A DNA stretch of 64,000 nucleotides from Rhizomicrobium sp. GTDB taxonomy: Bacteria > Pseudomonadota > Alphaproteobacteria > Micropepsales > Micropepsaceae. Of the stretch, positions 1-10,404 are shown in pieces. Made by a program: the position numbers and the translations under genes. Every line of letters starts with the position of its first letter. Position 1 is the stretch's first letter. The notes under the pieces were generated by a model that saw only the letters and a program-made list of their open reading frames with translations, was not told where the DNA came from and did not search any database. The DNA is taken from contig DATAVW010000076.1 of assembly GCA_036267515.1 (NCBI GenBank), forward strand, positions 2,567-66,566, written 5' to 3'.

Positions 1-407
1 CCGGGCTGCAGTTCGATGACCTTCAGTTCATCCAAGCGATAGAAATACTTCAACACCTCCCGTTCGGTGAACCGATACGAGCGCACGATGTCCTCGAGCG
101 GTGCGCGATTCAGCACCAGCCAGGCCATCAGGAATAGCCTCGGGTCCGACACGATCTCGTGTTCCTGCGCCAGCGTCAGCTGCGCAGACGTGGGCCGGTC
201 GCGCGCACGTGCGGCGATCTCAGCGAGTCCGGTTTCAAGCAGTTCGCAGATCTGGTCGACACGCCCGAGCGACAAGTCGCCGCGTGAAAACAGCCGCTTG
301 ACGGTCGCGACGCTCAAAGAAAGCTTTTCCGCAACGGCGGCATAAGTCAGGCCGCGTTCCCGCAGCGCGCGTTTCAGTTCGGCGACGATCAACGCTTGGT
401 CTGCCAT
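1..407 (-). CDS. XRE/Cro-type HTH transcriptional regulator (3' end runs off the window)
   Basis: Manual translation MADQALIVAELKRALRERGLTYAAVAEKLSLSVATVKRLFS... shows an HTH; RBS GAGGAG upstream; divergent from the rhombotarget lipoprotein gene; absent from the ORF track because it is truncated. Confidence 0.8.
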   Translation of the reverse strand, partial: MADQALIVAELKRALRERGLTYAAVAEKLSLSVATVKRLFSRGDLSLGRVDQICELLETGLAEIAARARDRPTSAQLTLAQEHEIVSDPRLFLMAWLVLNRAPLEDIVRSYRFTEREVLKYFYRLDELKVIELQP

Positions 408-428
408 GGGGTGCTCCTCAACCCAAAA

Positions 429-445
429 GTATCATTTATCGATAC
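429..445. promoter_or_regulatory. Palindromic candidate operator GTATC-N7-GATAC
   Basis: gtatcatttatcgatac in the AT-rich divergent intergenic region next to the XRE gene. Confidence 0.45.
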
Positions 446-536
446 CAATAGTCTGAAAAGATGCTACATGACCGGAAAAGGTTGCTGAATAAGGTACCGA
501 CCCTTACGTTACCCGGCGTTCAGCAACGGAGGGCTT

Positions 537-1412
537 ATGCGCTTTTACACGGGATTGGCTTTAGCGGTGGCGATGGCCGGTTTGAGCGGCTGCGCCGAGT
601 TGACATGCCTGTCGGCCTGTCAAAAGCATTCGCAAAATTCCACCAGCCTGGTGGGCTTTCTCTATCCCAACGGCGCCGCGCCGCCGCCGCAGGATTCGCA
701 GCCGCAACTGCACCTGCCGCTGCGCGTGGGACTCGCGTTCCTGCCGTCGAACTCGGAAGCGGGCAACGCGCTGGATGCCGCGCACAAGGAAGCGCTCCTG
801 CAGGAGATTCGCGAGCGCTTCGTATCCCGGAAATTCATCGCCGAGATCGTGGTGATCCCGGACTATTATCTGCAAGGCAAGCGCGGCTTCGAAGGCCTCG
901 AGGGCGTGCAGCGGCTCTACGGAATCGATCTTATGGCTCTCGTGTCGTACGACCAGGTCGCGCACGAGGACGACAACCACTGGTCCTTGGGTTACCTGAC
1001 CATCGTGGGTGCCTACGTGATCAAAGGCACGCGTCACGATGTGTCCACGCTCGTGGATCTGGCGGTGGTCGATCCGGCCACGCATTCGCTCGTGCTGCGC
1101 GCGGGCGGCTTCGATAACCGCCACGGCACGGTTGCGCTGGTGAATGAGAATCGCCGCTTGCGCGAAACGTCGATCGACGGCTATACGGCCGCAACCCAGC
1201 AGATGATCGATCACTTCGACGGCGCCCTCACCGCTTTCGAGAGCGCGGTGCGCGAAGGTACGGCGAACGTCAAAATCATTTCGAACGCACGCGGTTCCAT
1301 CCACGGCGGTGGATCGATGAATTGGCTCAGTGTGCTGCTGCTCCTGCCGCTGAGCTTGCTGCGCGTCAGACGGGAGCGGGACCTTTGTGCGGCGATCGCC
1401 TTACGGCGCTAA
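537..1412 (+). CDS. rhlP: Rhombotarget lipoprotein with C-terminal GlyGly-CTERM
   Basis: Lipobox LSGC; C-terminal [23 protein letters not shown] (GG motif, TM helix, basic tail); core motifs [21 protein letters not shown]. Confidence 0.8.
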   Translation: MRFYTGLALAVAMAGLSGCAELTCLSACQKHSQNSTSLVGFLYPNGAAPPPQDSQPQLHLPLRVGLAFLPSNSEAGNALDAAHKEALLQEIRERFVSRKFIAEIVVIPDYYLQGKRGFEGLEGVQRLYGIDLMALVSYDQVAHEDDNHWSLGYLTIVGAYVIKGTRHDVSTLVDLAVVDPATHSLVLRAGGFDNRHGTVALVNENRRLRETSIDGYTAATQQMIDHFDGALTAFESAVREGTANVKIISNARGSIHGGGSMNWLSVLLLLPLSLLRVRRERDLCAAIALRR

Positions 1413-3862
1413 TGCGCCAGCACCGGCGTCTTGACACGGCCGGCGCGTCGCTTTTTCTCCCCGGCAATCGCCTCCGGCGGTTTGGCAGGATCCGCCGGCG
1501 CCGGCAGTGATGCCGGCATGTGCGTCAAGGCGACCTGCAGAACCTCGTCGATCCATTTCACCGAACGGATGTCGAGTTTTTCCTTGATGTTGTCGGGAAT
1601 CTCGGCCAGATCCTTGGTGTTGTCGTCGGGAATCAGCACCGTCGTGATGCCGCCGCGGTGTGCCGCCAGCAGCTTCTCTTTCAGTCCGCCGATCGGCAGC
1701 ACTTCGCCGCGCAGCGTGATCTCGCCGGTCATCGCGACATCCGAGCGCACCGGAATTTTGGTGAGCGCGGAGATCAGCGCGGTCGCCATGCCGACACCGG
1801 CGCTCGGGCCATCCTTCGGCGTCGCGCCTTCGGGCACGTGAATGTGCACATCCGCGCGCTGATAGAAATCCACATCCAATCCCAGCATGGCGGAACGGCT
1901 GCGCACCACCGTCATGGCGGCTTGAATGGATTCCTGCATCACCTCGCCGAGCTGGCCGGTGTGCGTGAGCTTGCCCTTGCCGTTCACGACGGCCGCTTCG
2001 ATGGTCAATAGTTCGCCGCCGACCTCGGTCCATGCCAATCCCGTGACCTGGCCGATGCGGTTGCTTTCCTCGGCCTTGCCGTAGCGGAAGCGGCGCACGC
2101 CCAGGTACTTATCGAGATTGTTCGTATCCACGATCACGGTCTTTTCCGTGGGCGCCAGCAGCAGCTGCTTCACGGCTTTGCGGCCGATCTTGGAGATCTC
2201 GCGCTCCAGGTTGCGCACGCCGGCTTCGCGCGTGTAGAAGCGAATCATGTCTTGAATCGCGATGTCGTCCACCACCAGCTCGTCGGGTTTCAAGCCGTTT
2301 TGCTTGACCTGCTTAGGCAGCAGGTAGCGCCGCGCGATATTCTGCTTCTCATCCTCGGTGTAGCCCGGGATGCGGATGACTTCCATGCGATCCAAGAGCG
2401 GCGCCGGAATGTTGAGGCTGTTGGCCGTGCACACGAACATCACCTCGGACAGGTCGAAGTCGACCTCGAGATAGTGATCGTTGAAGGTGCTGTTCTGCTC
2501 AGGATCGAGCACTTCGAGCAGCGCCGATGACGGGTCGCCGCGAAAATCCGTGGACATCTTGTCGACTTCGTCGAGCAGGAACAAGGGATTGCGCACCCCG
2601 CACTTGGCGAGGTTTTGAATGATCTTGCCGGGCATCGAGCCGATATAGGTGCGCCGGTGACCGCGGATTTCCGCCTCGTCGCGCACGCCGCCCAACGACA
2701 TGCGCACGAACTTGCGATTGGTCGAGCGGGCCACGCTTTGGCCGAGAGAGGTCTTGCCGACGCCCGGGGGCCCTACCAAACACAGGATCGGTCCGCGCAG
2801 ATTCTTGACGCGCTGCTGCACCGCGAGGTACTCGACGATGCGCTCCTTGACCTTCTCCAAGCCATAGTGATCGGCCTCGAGCACTTTCTCCGCGGCCGCA
2901 ATGTCGAGGTGCACCTTGCTGCGCTTTTTCCAGGGCGACTTCACCAGCCAGTCGATGTAGTTGCGCACCACCGTCGCTTCGGCCGACATGGGCGACATCA
3001 ACTTCAGCTTGGCCAGCTCGGAATTCGCCTTCTCGCGCGCCTCCTTGGGCATGCCCGCCGCCTTGATGCGCTTCTCGAGTTCGCCGATTTCATTCGGGGC
3101 ATCGTCCAGCTCGCCCAATTCCTTCTGAATGGCCTTCATCTGCTCATTCAGGTAGTACTCACGCTGGCTCTTCTCCATCTGCTGCTTGACGCGCCCGCGG
3201 ATGCGCTTTTCGATCTGCAGCACGTCCATCTCGCCCTCGATGACGGCGAGCATATGCTCGAGGCGCTTGCGCACGTCCGGGATTTCCAGCACTTTCTGTT
3301 TCTCGGAGAGCTTCAGGGACATGTGCGCTGCAACAGTGTCCGCCAAGCGGCCGGCCTGCTCGATGCCCGCGAGGGAGGTCAGGATCTCCGGGGGCACCTT
3401 CTTGTTCAATTTGACATATTGTTCGAACTGGGTGATGACGGAACGGGTCAAGACGTCCATTTCGCGCTCTTCATAGCGTTCCTGATCCGGCAACGGCACC
3501 ACTTCCGCCGAGAAGAAGTCGCCTTCGGTCAACTTTTCGATGTTGGCCCGGTCGACGCCCTCGACCAGGACCTTCACGGTGCCGTCCGGCAGCTTCAGAA
3601 GCTGCAGGATGGTCGCGATCGTGCCCACCCGGTACAGATCATCGGGCTTCGGATCGTCGACATCGGCCTGTTTCTGGGCGACCAAGAGAATCCGCTTGTC
3701 GGCCTTCATGGCCAAATCCAGCGCCACGATGGATTTCTCGCGCCCGACGAACAGCGGAATCACCATGTGCGGGTACACCACCACATCGCGCAGCGGCAAT
3801 ACCGGCGTGGCGCCCGCGGGCGGCAGGATTTCAGGGGCAAGGCTTAAGGGTTCATCGCTCAC
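1409..3862 (-). CDS. lon: ATP-dependent protease La
   Basis: [13 protein letters not shown]-domain, Walker [10 protein letters not shown], catalytic PKDGPSAG and GGLKEK. Confidence 0.99.
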   Translation of the reverse strand: MSDEPLSLAPEILPPAGATPVLPLRDVVVYPHMVIPLFVGREKSIVALDLAMKADKRILLVAQKQADVDDPKPDDLYRVGTIATILQLLKLPDGTVKVLVEGVDRANIEKLTEGDFFSAEVVPLPDQERYEEREMDVLTRSVITQFEQYVKLNKKVPPEILTSLAGIEQAGRLADTVAAHMSLKLSEKQKVLEIPDVRKRLEHMLAVIEGEMDVLQIEKRIRGRVKQQMEKSQREYYLNEQMKAIQKELGELDDAPNEIGELEKRIKAAGMPKEAREKANSELAKLKLMSPMSAEATVVRNYIDWLVKSPWKKRSKVHLDIAAAEKVLEADHYGLEKVKERIVEYLAVQQRVKNLRGPILCLVGPPGVGKTSLGQSVARSTNRKFVRMSLGGVRDEAEIRGHRRTYIGSMPGKIIQNLAKCGVRNPLFLLDEVDKMSTDFRGDPSSALLEVLDPEQNSTFNDHYLEVDFDLSEVMFVCTANSLNIPAPLLDRMEVIRIPGYTEDEKQNIARRYLLPKQVKQNGLKPDELVVDDIAIQDMIRFYTREAGVRNLEREISKIGRKAVKQLLLAPTEKTVIVDTNNLDKYLGVRRFRYGKAEESNRIGQVTGLAWTEVGGELLTIEAAVVNGKGKLTHTGQLGEVMQESIQAAMTVVRSRSAMLGLDVDFYQRADVHIHVPEGATPKDGPSAGVGMATALISALTKIPVRSDVAMTGEITLRGEVLPIGGLKEKLLAAHRGGITTVLIPDDNTKDLAEIPDNIKEKLDIRSVKWIDEVLQVALTHMPASLPAPADPAKPPEAIAGEKKRRAGRVKTPVLAH

Positions 3863-3907
3863 TAGGCTGGCCTTCTAGGTTGTGGCACGTACAAATCGCC
3901 TCAGAGT

Positions 3908-3936
3908 ACATGCGGGCCGCCGGAAGTGGTTTCAAG
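3908..3936 (-). promoter_or_regulatory. Sigma32-type promoter of lon
   Basis: CTTGAA-N15-CCGCATGT on the minus strand, close to the RpoH consensus CTTGAA-N13-17-CCCCATNT. Confidence 0.65.
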
Positions 3937-3942
3937 CTCGTC

Positions 3943-5268
3943 TCAAAGATGGTCCGAGCCCGTCGGGCGCCGCTGTTCCTCAACTGGAGCCACCAACCGA
4001 GTCTCCTCGGTGCGGTGAATGATGTAGGGCTTGCTGTGGCCTTCGATCACTTGCTCGTCGACGACTACTTTCTGCACATTTCGCAACGACGGCAAGTCGT
4101 ACATCGTGTCCAACAGCACATTTTCAAGAATTGTTCTCAAGCCCCGCGCGCCCGTCTTGCGTTGCATGGCCTTGCGCGCCACCGACCGCAGCGCCTCTTC
4201 GCGGAAATCCAGTTCCACGCCCTCCATGTCGAACAGCTTGCGATATTGCTTGGTGAGCGCGTTCTTCGGCTGCATCAGGATCGATATCAGCGCATCTTCA
4301 TCCAGCTCTTCCAGCGTCGCGACCACCGGCAGGCGGCCGACGAATTCCGGAATCAAGCCGTACTTGATCAAATCCTCGGGCTCCGTGTCGTGGAACACGT
4401 CGTTGCCGTGCGGCCGGGCATTGTGCTCGCGCACCTCGGCGACGAAGCCGATACCGCTCTTGTGGGTGCGGTTCATGATGATCTTTTCAAGGCCCGCAAA
4501 CGCACCGCCGCAAATGAACAGGATATTCGTCGTGTCGACCTGCAGGAATTCCTGCTGCGGGTGCTTGCGGCCGCCCTGCGGCGGCACCGAGGCGATCGTG
4601 CCCTCGATGAGCTTGAGCAGCGCCTGCTGCACGCCCTCGCCCGATACGTCGCGGGTGATCGAGGGGTTATCCGACTTACGCGAGATTTTGTCGATCTCGT
4701 CGATGTAGACGATGCCGGTCTGCGCCTTCTCGACGTCGTAGTCGCATTTCTGCAGCAGCTTCTGAATGATGTTCTCGACGTCCTCGCCGACATAACCGGC
4801 TTCCGTCAAGGTGGTGGCATCGGCGATGGTAAAGGGGACGTTGAGCAAGCGCGCCAAAGTTTCGGCCAGCAATGTCTTGCCGGACCCCGTCGGCCCGATC
4901 AGCAGGATATTGCTCTTCGCGAGTTCCACATCGTCGCGCGAACGCACGCCTTCCGCACCGCGCGTCTGCAGCCGCTTGTAGTGGTTGTAGACGGCTACCG
5001 ACAGGACCCGCTTGGCGCGTTCCTGGCCGATGACATATTCATCGAGGACTTTCTTGATTTCCTGGGGCTTGGGGAGCTTATCGCGGGTGCGCTCGGCGCG
5101 CTCTTCCAGCTCCTCGCGGATTATGTCGTTGCACAGCTCGACGCATTCATCGCAGACGAAGACGCTCGGCCCGGCGATGAGCTTCCGAACCTCGTGTTGG
5201 CTCTTTCCGCAGAAAGAACAGTACAACAGCTTGCCGTCATCATGTTTGCCGCGCGAATCTTCGCTCAT
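3943..5268 (-). CDS. clpX: ATP-dependent Clp protease ATP-binding subunit ClpX
   Basis: Zinc finger CSFCGK...CDEC, Walker [28 protein letters not shown] loop. Confidence 0.99.
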   Translation of the reverse strand: MSEDSRGKHDDGKLLYCSFCGKSQHEVRKLIAGPSVFVCDECVELCNDIIREELEERAERTRDKLPKPQEIKKVLDEYVIGQERAKRVLSVAVYNHYKRLQTRGAEGVRSRDDVELAKSNILLIGPTGSGKTLLAETLARLLNVPFTIADATTLTEAGYVGEDVENIIQKLLQKCDYDVEKAQTGIVYIDEIDKISRKSDNPSITRDVSGEGVQQALLKLIEGTIASVPPQGGRKHPQQEFLQVDTTNILFICGGAFAGLEKIIMNRTHKSGIGFVAEVREHNARPHGNDVFHDTEPEDLIKYGLIPEFVGRLPVVATLEELDEDALISILMQPKNALTKQYRKLFDMEGVELDFREEALRSVARKAMQRKTGARGLRTILENVLLDTMYDLPSLRNVQKVVVDEQVIEGHSKPYIIHRTEETRLVAPVEEQRRPTGSDHL

Positions 5269-5427
5269 GCTGTCCTCAAGTTGACCGTGCTGCAGGCCCC
5301 TGGAAGGCCCGCAACGCAGCTGCAGTAGAGACTATATAGCACCCGGCAACCCGCGCGCAAAGATAAGGTCTTTAGGGGCGTGACCTAGGTTCCGCAGTGC
5401 GCGGCGCGACGTCAAATCAGGCGCCAC

Positions 5428-6045
5428 TCAGGCCTTAACGGGAAGTTCGCCGCGTTTTTCAAGCATGGAATCCACTATTCCATAGGTCCGGGCTTGCTCA
5501 GCGGTCATAAAGTTGTCCCGGTCGCTGTCTTGCTTGATGCGATCGACCGTCTGCCCGGTGTGCTTGGCCAATATCGCGTTCAAGCGCACCTTGGTCTCCA
5601 AGACGTCGCGGGCGTGGATGTCGATGTCCGAGGCCTGGCCCTGGAAGCCGGCGGATGGTTGGTGAATCATGATTTTCGAGTTCGGCAGCGAGTAGCGCTT
5701 GCCGGCGGCGCCGCCCGCGAGCAGCACCGCTCCCATCGAGGCGGCGAGGCCCACGCAAATCGTGCTCACGTCCGGCTTGATGAATTGCATCGTGTCGTAG
5801 ATCGCAAGACCCGCGCTCACCGAGCCGCCCGGCGAGTTGATGTAGATCGCGATGTCTTTCTCGGTATTTTCGGATTCCAGAAATAGCAGTTGCGCAACGA
5901 TCAAATTCGCCATGTAGTCCTCGACCGGACCCACGATGAAAATCAAGCGTTCCTTCAGCAGCCGCGAATAGATGTCGTAGGCCCGCTCGCCTCGGGCGGT
6001 TTGCTCCACCACCATGGGAACCAAATTCAATGCGCGCGTGGTCAT
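5428..6045 (-). CDS. clpP: ATP-dependent Clp protease proteolytic subunit
   Basis: [23 protein letters not shown] (Ser), MIHQP (His). Confidence 0.99.
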   Translation of the reverse strand: MTTRALNLVPMVVEQTARGERAYDIYSRLLKERLIFIVGPVEDYMANLIVAQLLFLESENTEKDIAIYINSPGGSVSAGLAIYDTMQFIKPDVSTICVGLAASMGAVLLAGGAAGKRYSLPNSKIMIHQPSAGFQGQASDIDIHARDVLETKVRLNAILAKHTGQTVDRIKQDSDRDNFMTAEQARTYGIVDSMLEKRGELPVKA

Positions 6046-6087
6046 GCTTTAGGCCTTTAAATTGACTGTAACCGAACCCGTTGGCTT

Positions 6088-6115
6088 TCTGAGGCCTTCT
6101 TAACATCTTTTCAAG
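6088..6115 (-). promoter_or_regulatory. Possible sigma32-type promoter of clpP
   Basis: CTTGAA-N15-CCTCAGA on the minus strand; -10 element degenerate. Confidence 0.4.
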
Positions 6116-6129
6116 TTAAATGTGTGCCA

Positions 6130-7425
6130 TCAAGCCTCAAAATTCATCAATTCCCTGAACGTCGACTTCACCTCGCGCACTTTGGCTACGCTAAGGATCC
6201 AATCCACGGCTTGGTCTTCCAGCGCGAGGCCCTCTACCTGGCGCATGGCTTCGGCGTTTTGCATATAGGCGCGCTTCATCGCACCCGCATCGCCATAGGC
6301 GGACACCATTTCGTCCAAGCGCTCATTCACTCGGGCGCGATCCACGACGAGGTTTTCCTTGCGGATCACATCGTTCAAGAGCAGCCCGAGCACCACGCGG
6401 CGGCGCGCCGGTTCGATGAAGGGCTCGCGTGGCGGCGCCTGCGAGGCATCTTTGGCGCCCGCACGGCGCATCGCCTCGACCTGCATATCGCGAATCTGGC
6501 CCTCGAGCAGTACGTTGGGCACGTCGGTCGGATTCGCGGCGTAAAGCTGCTCCATCACCGCGGCTTTGTTGCGGTTGCGCAGCGCCTGCTCGAGTTCGCG
6601 GCGCATATTGGCCGCGACGTCCTCGCGCAATTTCGGCAAACCGCCTTCAGTCACGCCGAATGCCTTGAAGAATTCCTCATCGATCTCCGGCAGCACCGGT
6701 TCCTCGACCGACTTGATGCCGGCCGCGAAAATAGCCTGCTTGCCCGCCAGTTCCGCCGCACGGTAGTCATGCGGAAAATTCACGGTGACGCTGCGTTTTT
6801 CGCCTGGCATCGTACCGATCAGTCCCTCTTCCAAGTCCGGCAGCATCCGGCCCTCGCCCAAGATGATGGCAACATTTTCGCCCTTGCCGCCGGCAAAGCT
6901 CACCCCGTCGATCGAGCCGTCGAAATCGATGCTCACCTTGTCGCCTTTTGCTGCGGCACGATTCGCCGCGACATACTTCATTTGCTGCTTGCGCAGGCGC
7001 TCGATCATCGCGTCGATGTCGCTCTCGGTGACCTCGGCGGCGATGCGGTCGACTTCCAGCTGCTCCATCGGCTGCAGCGCCACATCGGGGAACACCTCGA
7101 AGGTGGCGACATATTTCAGGTCCTCGCCTTCGTCCATGCTCTGCGGTTCGATGCGTGGATTGCCCGCCGGCGCGAGCTGCTTCTGCGTCACCGCTTCGGC
7201 GTAGCTGGACTGGAGCAACTCGCCGATCACCTCGCGGTGCACCTGGCTGCCGAATTGCTGCCGGATGACCTTGAGCGGTGCCTTGCCCGGACGAAAGCCG
7301 TTCAAGCGCGCGGTGCGGCTGATGCTCTTCAGGCGCGCGGCAATTTCCTGGCTCACGCGTTCGGCCGGCACCTGCACTTGCATGCGGCGCTCTAGCTTGC
7401 CGATACTCTCGACGGAAACCTGCAT
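6130..7425 (-). CDS. tig: Trigger factor
   Basis: Ribosome-binding signature GFRPGKAP, FKBP domain (DFDGSIDG...FP.DY), position upstream of clpP. Confidence 0.98.
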   Translation of the reverse strand: MQVSVESIGKLERRMQVQVPAERVSQEIAARLKSISRTARLNGFRPGKAPLKVIRQQFGSQVHREVIGELLQSSYAEAVTQKQLAPAGNPRIEPQSMDEGEDLKYVATFEVFPDVALQPMEQLEVDRIAAEVTESDIDAMIERLRKQQMKYVAANRAAAKGDKVSIDFDGSIDGVSFAGGKGENVAIILGEGRMLPDLEEGLIGTMPGEKRSVTVNFPHDYRAAELAGKQAIFAAGIKSVEEPVLPEIDEEFFKAFGVTEGGLPKLREDVAANMRRELEQALRNRNKAAVMEQLYAANPTDVPNVLLEGQIRDMQVEAMRRAGAKDASQAPPREPFIEPARRRVVLGLLLNDVIRKENLVVDRARVNERLDEMVSAYGDAGAMKRAYMQNAEAMRQVEGLALEDQAVDWILSVAKVREVKSTFRELMNFEA

Positions 7426-7459
7426 GACTGTCCTCGTTGGATTGGCGATAAGAATGCGG

Positions 7460-7544
7460 TGGTGCGAAAGGCGAGACTCGAACTCGCACGGGTTGCCCCA
7501 CCAGATCCTAAGTCTGGCGCGTCTACCAATTCCGCCACATTCGC
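7460..7544 (-). tRNA. tRNA-Leu (anticodon TAG)
   Basis: GCGAATGTGGCGGAATTGGTAGACGCGCCAGACT-TAG-GATCTGG...GTTCGAGTCTCGCCTTTCGCACCA; long variable arm, encoded CCA, classic position upstream of tig. Confidence 0.97.
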
Positions 7545-7554
7545 GTCTGATTTA

Positions 7555-7592
7555 GCCCCGGCATTATAGCTAACGGGGTTCGCTTTCGCGAA
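7555..7592 (-). promoter_or_regulatory. Sigma70 promoter of tRNA-Leu with GC-rich discriminator
   Basis: Perfect TATAAT (7563-7568, minus strand) followed by GCCGGGGC; the -35 region lies inside the 3' end of the upstream ORF. Confidence 0.55.
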
Positions 7593-8061
7593 CCAGAAGG
7601 CGAGCCACTTCGCGCAAGGCCGGCAGGCCGTTTTCCAGCATGAAGTAGAGCGGCGAGTCGCCATCGAAGGGCGCGCGTGCCGCGGGCGCGTGCACCCAGG
7701 CCCAGGCTCGATCCTTAGGTCCCGCTTCCGCCATCAGCGAGTACTGGATGTTGGCGATGAGCGCCGCCCTTTCTTGTTGCGTGGCGGAGAGCCGCGGCGC
7801 TTGGCCCAGGCGGTAGCGCTGCAGCACTTGGGGCGATGGAATTTTGAGCAGACGGCATTGCTGCAGCGGCGACAATTCCCAGGAATCGGCGATGGCGAAG
7901 AAACGCTTCAGCGCGCTGCTGTTGGTATGGCGCGCGGCCCGGCGACTCGCCGGTTGCAGCACCAATCGCGGTCCGGTACGAGTCTTGCTGGGCAATGCAT
8001 CTCTCACAGGTAGCCCCGAAGCATACTCCCTAATGGCAGCGCAACGCTCGTACAAGCTCAC
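7570..8061 (-). CDS. Orphan Xre/MbcA/ParS-family antitoxin-like protein (start uncertain)
   Basis: ALKRFFAIADSWEL...QERAALIANI...AWAWVHAP...PFDGDSPLYFMLENG...VARLL matches the DUF2384/MbcA pattern. Confidence 0.7.
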   Translation of the reverse strand: MSLYERCAAIREYASGLPVRDALPSKTRTGPRLVLQPASRRAARHTNSSALKRFFAIADSWELSPLQQCRLLKIPSPQVLQRYRLGQAPRLSATQQERAALIANIQYSLMAEAGPKDRAWAWVHAPAARAPFDGDSPLYFMLENGLPALREVARLLVRESEPR

Positions 8062-8082
8062 GCCGGCTTGGTATCATGTGGC

Positions 8083-8928
8083 GTGTCCCGACCCTTCGCC
8101 GAAAGGCTTAAATTAGCCCTTGAAAGCAGCGCCAGTCTGCTCTGCGTAGGGCTTGATCCGGACCTCAATAAGTTGCCTGCCGATCTTGCTCCCGCCTCAC
8201 TGCGGCTGCACCAGTTCGATCGCCGCGTGATCGACGCGACATTCGACATTGCGGCGGCATACAAACCGCAGATTGCCTTCTACAGCGCGCTGGGCGCGGA
8301 AGATCAGTTGGATTTGAGCATTCGCTACATTCGCGAACGCGCGCCGTCGGCATTGGTGATACTCGACGCCAAGCGCGGCGACATCGGCAACACGGCCGAA
8401 GCGTATGCGCGCGAGGCCTTCGATCGCTACGGCGCGGATGCCGTCACGGTCAACCCGTACATGGGCGAGGACTCGGTGCGGCCCTTCCTCGCGCGCCGGG
8501 ATCGGGGTGCGCTCGTCCTGTGCCGCACCAGCAATTCCGGCGCCGCGGATTTTCAGAATCTGATGCTGGAGGGACTGCCGCTATACCGTCACGTCGCACG
8601 GCGCGCCACCGGGCCGTGGAATCAATTCGGCAATTGTATGCTGGTCGTCGGCGCGACGGCGCCGGCGGAAATGGCAGAGCTGCGCGCGGCGCATCCGGAC
8701 GTGACGTTTCTGGTGCCGGGCATCGGTGCGCAAAGCGGCGACCTTCAGGCCGTGCTCGCCGCCGGATTGGACGCGCGCGGCTTTGGCCTCCTGATCAGCG
8801 CCTCGCGCAGCATCATCTACGCCGGCGGCGGCAGCGCAGCGGCGATTCGTGCCGCCGCCGCCGCGCTGAACGCGGAAATCAACCTTGTGCGCGGCCAGCA
8901 CGGCGTGCGCGCCGCCGCGTCGGCCTAG
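8083..8928 (+). CDS. pyrF: Orotidine-5'-phosphate decarboxylase (subfamily 2)
   Basis: LCVGLDP, DAKRGDIGNT, TVNPYMG, LCRTSN, LVPGIGAQ. Confidence 0.95.
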   Translation: MSRPFAERLKLALESSASLLCVGLDPDLNKLPADLAPASLRLHQFDRRVIDATFDIAAAYKPQIAFYSALGAEDQLDLSIRYIRERAPSALVILDAKRGDIGNTAEAYAREAFDRYGADAVTVNPYMGEDSVRPFLARRDRGALVLCRTSNSGAADFQNLMLEGLPLYRHVARRATGPWNQFGNCMLVVGATAPAEMAELRAAHPDVTFLVPGIGAQSGDLQAVLAAGLDARGFGLLISASRSIIYAGGGSAAAIRAAAAALNAEINLVRGQHGVRAAASA

Positions 8929-8957
8929 CGCCACCTTGGCCGAGAGTCGCCTTGGCC

Positions 8958-10316
8958 CTAGAGCGCGGTATCGACCGGCACCGAATTTAATTTGTAGACC
9001 ACACCGTCCTTCATCACGAAGCTCACGCGCTTCATCAGGCTGATGTCATCGATGGGATTGCCGGGCACGGCGACCACATCGGCAATTTTGCCGGCCGTCA
9101 CTGAACCCAAATCCTTGTCATGCCGCAGCAGGTTAGCGGCATTCACGGTCGCCGCTTGGATGGCATACATCGGCGGAATACCCGCGCCCACCATCAGCTC
9201 GAACTCATGTGCATTCTCGCCGTGCGGATATACGGCCGCGTCCGTACCGAATGCGATTTTCACGTGCGCCTTGTATGCGCGGCCCGCGGTGGCCTGAATC
9301 AAAGGACCGATGGCCGCTGCCTTGGCTGCGATCTGCGGCGGGTAGTAGCCCGGCACCTTCGCCTGCCGCGCCACAAAATCACCGGCGATGATGGTCGGCA
9401 CATAGTACGTGCCGTGTTCCACCATCAGCTTCATGTCCTCGGCGTCCATGTAGGTGCCGTGTTCGATGGAATCCACGCCCCCGAGGACCGCGCGCTTGAT
9501 GGCCTCGGCGCCGTGCGCATGCGCGGCCACCGCGAATCCATAGTCCTTGGCCGTCGCGACCACCGCGCGAATCTCCTCGAGCGTCATCTGCGAGTTGTCG
9601 CCGCTGGCGCCCTCGTCGAGCACCCCGCCCGAGGGCATGATCTTGATCACATCGTCGCCGAGCTTGTAATGCTCGCGTACCGCTTTGACCGCGTCCTCCG
9701 GTCCGTTGATGATGCCGTCCACCGGACCCAAATCCTTCGCCAAGTCCTGGCGAAAGCCGTTGGTGGGATCGGCGTGTCCGCCGGTGGTGCCGATCGCCTT
9801 GCCAGCGGTGAAGATGCGCGGACCCGGGACGATGCCGGCATTGATGGCGTTGCGCAGCGCCGCCGATTCATTGGCGCCGTCGCCCAAATTGCGAATGGTG
9901 GTGAAACCCGCCAGCAGCGTGCGGCGTGCGTACACCGTGGAGCGGATGGCGTAATCGGCCACATTCCAGTGAAAGCGGTCCACATATTCGCTGCGGCTGG
10001 TCTGACCGGTAATATGCGTATGGCTGTCGATCAGTCCGGGCATGCAGGTCTGATTCTTCAGGTCGATGGCTTTCGCACCGGCCGGTGCCTGCAAGCCGTT
10101 TATCACCTCGCGCACGCGACCGGCTTCAATCACGATCGTGCTTTCCCCCAGCATCTTGCCGGCGGCGGTATCGATCAGGCGGCCGCAGAGCAAAGCCGTG
10201 ACGCCCGGTGCCGCGGGTGCATCGGCGGCGGCGGCCGGCCCAATGCTCAACCAAGCGGCCATACCGGCAGCGAGCAGGCGCGCAGTTGTGGATTGAATCG
10301 TTGTGGATCGGATCAT
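8958..10316 (-). CDS. Secreted metal-dependent amidohydrolase (prolidase/carboxypeptidase-like)
   Basis: Signal peptide, PGLIDSHTH, AAHAHG, SIEHG, FGTDA, GKIADVVAV. Confidence 0.9.
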   Translation of the reverse strand: MIRSTTIQSTTARLLAAGMAAWLSIGPAAAADAPAAPGVTALLCGRLIDTAAGKMLGESTIVIEAGRVREVINGLQAPAGAKAIDLKNQTCMPGLIDSHTHITGQTSRSEYVDRFHWNVADYAIRSTVYARRTLLAGFTTIRNLGDGANESAALRNAINAGIVPGPRIFTAGKAIGTTGGHADPTNGFRQDLAKDLGPVDGIINGPEDAVKAVREHYKLGDDVIKIMPSGGVLDEGASGDNSQMTLEEIRAVVATAKDYGFAVAAHAHGAEAIKRAVLGGVDSIEHGTYMDAEDMKLMVEHGTYYVPTIIAGDFVARQAKVPGYYPPQIAAKAAAIGPLIQATAGRAYKAHVKIAFGTDAAVYPHGENAHEFELMVGAGIPPMYAIQAATVNAANLLRHDKDLGSVTAGKIADVVAVPGNPIDDISLMKRVSFVMKDGVVYKLNSVPVDTAL

Positions 10317-10404
10317 CGGGTACGGGTATCGCATTTTTTGCAGGCCTCGGATGGCTGTTCAAGTTTTTGGCGGGAGGCATTGCAGCACAAGAACGCCCTC
10401 GCGA

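Noticed and set aside
2615-7395. Long plus-strand ORFs (410, 482 and 423 aa) opposite lon, clpX and tig; likewise 9120-10556, 20763-23024 and others
   Set aside because: Antisense shadows of high-GC genes with no motifs; the opposite strand encodes clear conserved proteins
7460-7544. tRNA-Leu as an island integration site
   Set aside because: Its 3' end runs straight into tig; I saw no duplicated tRNA 3' end and no integrase in the window
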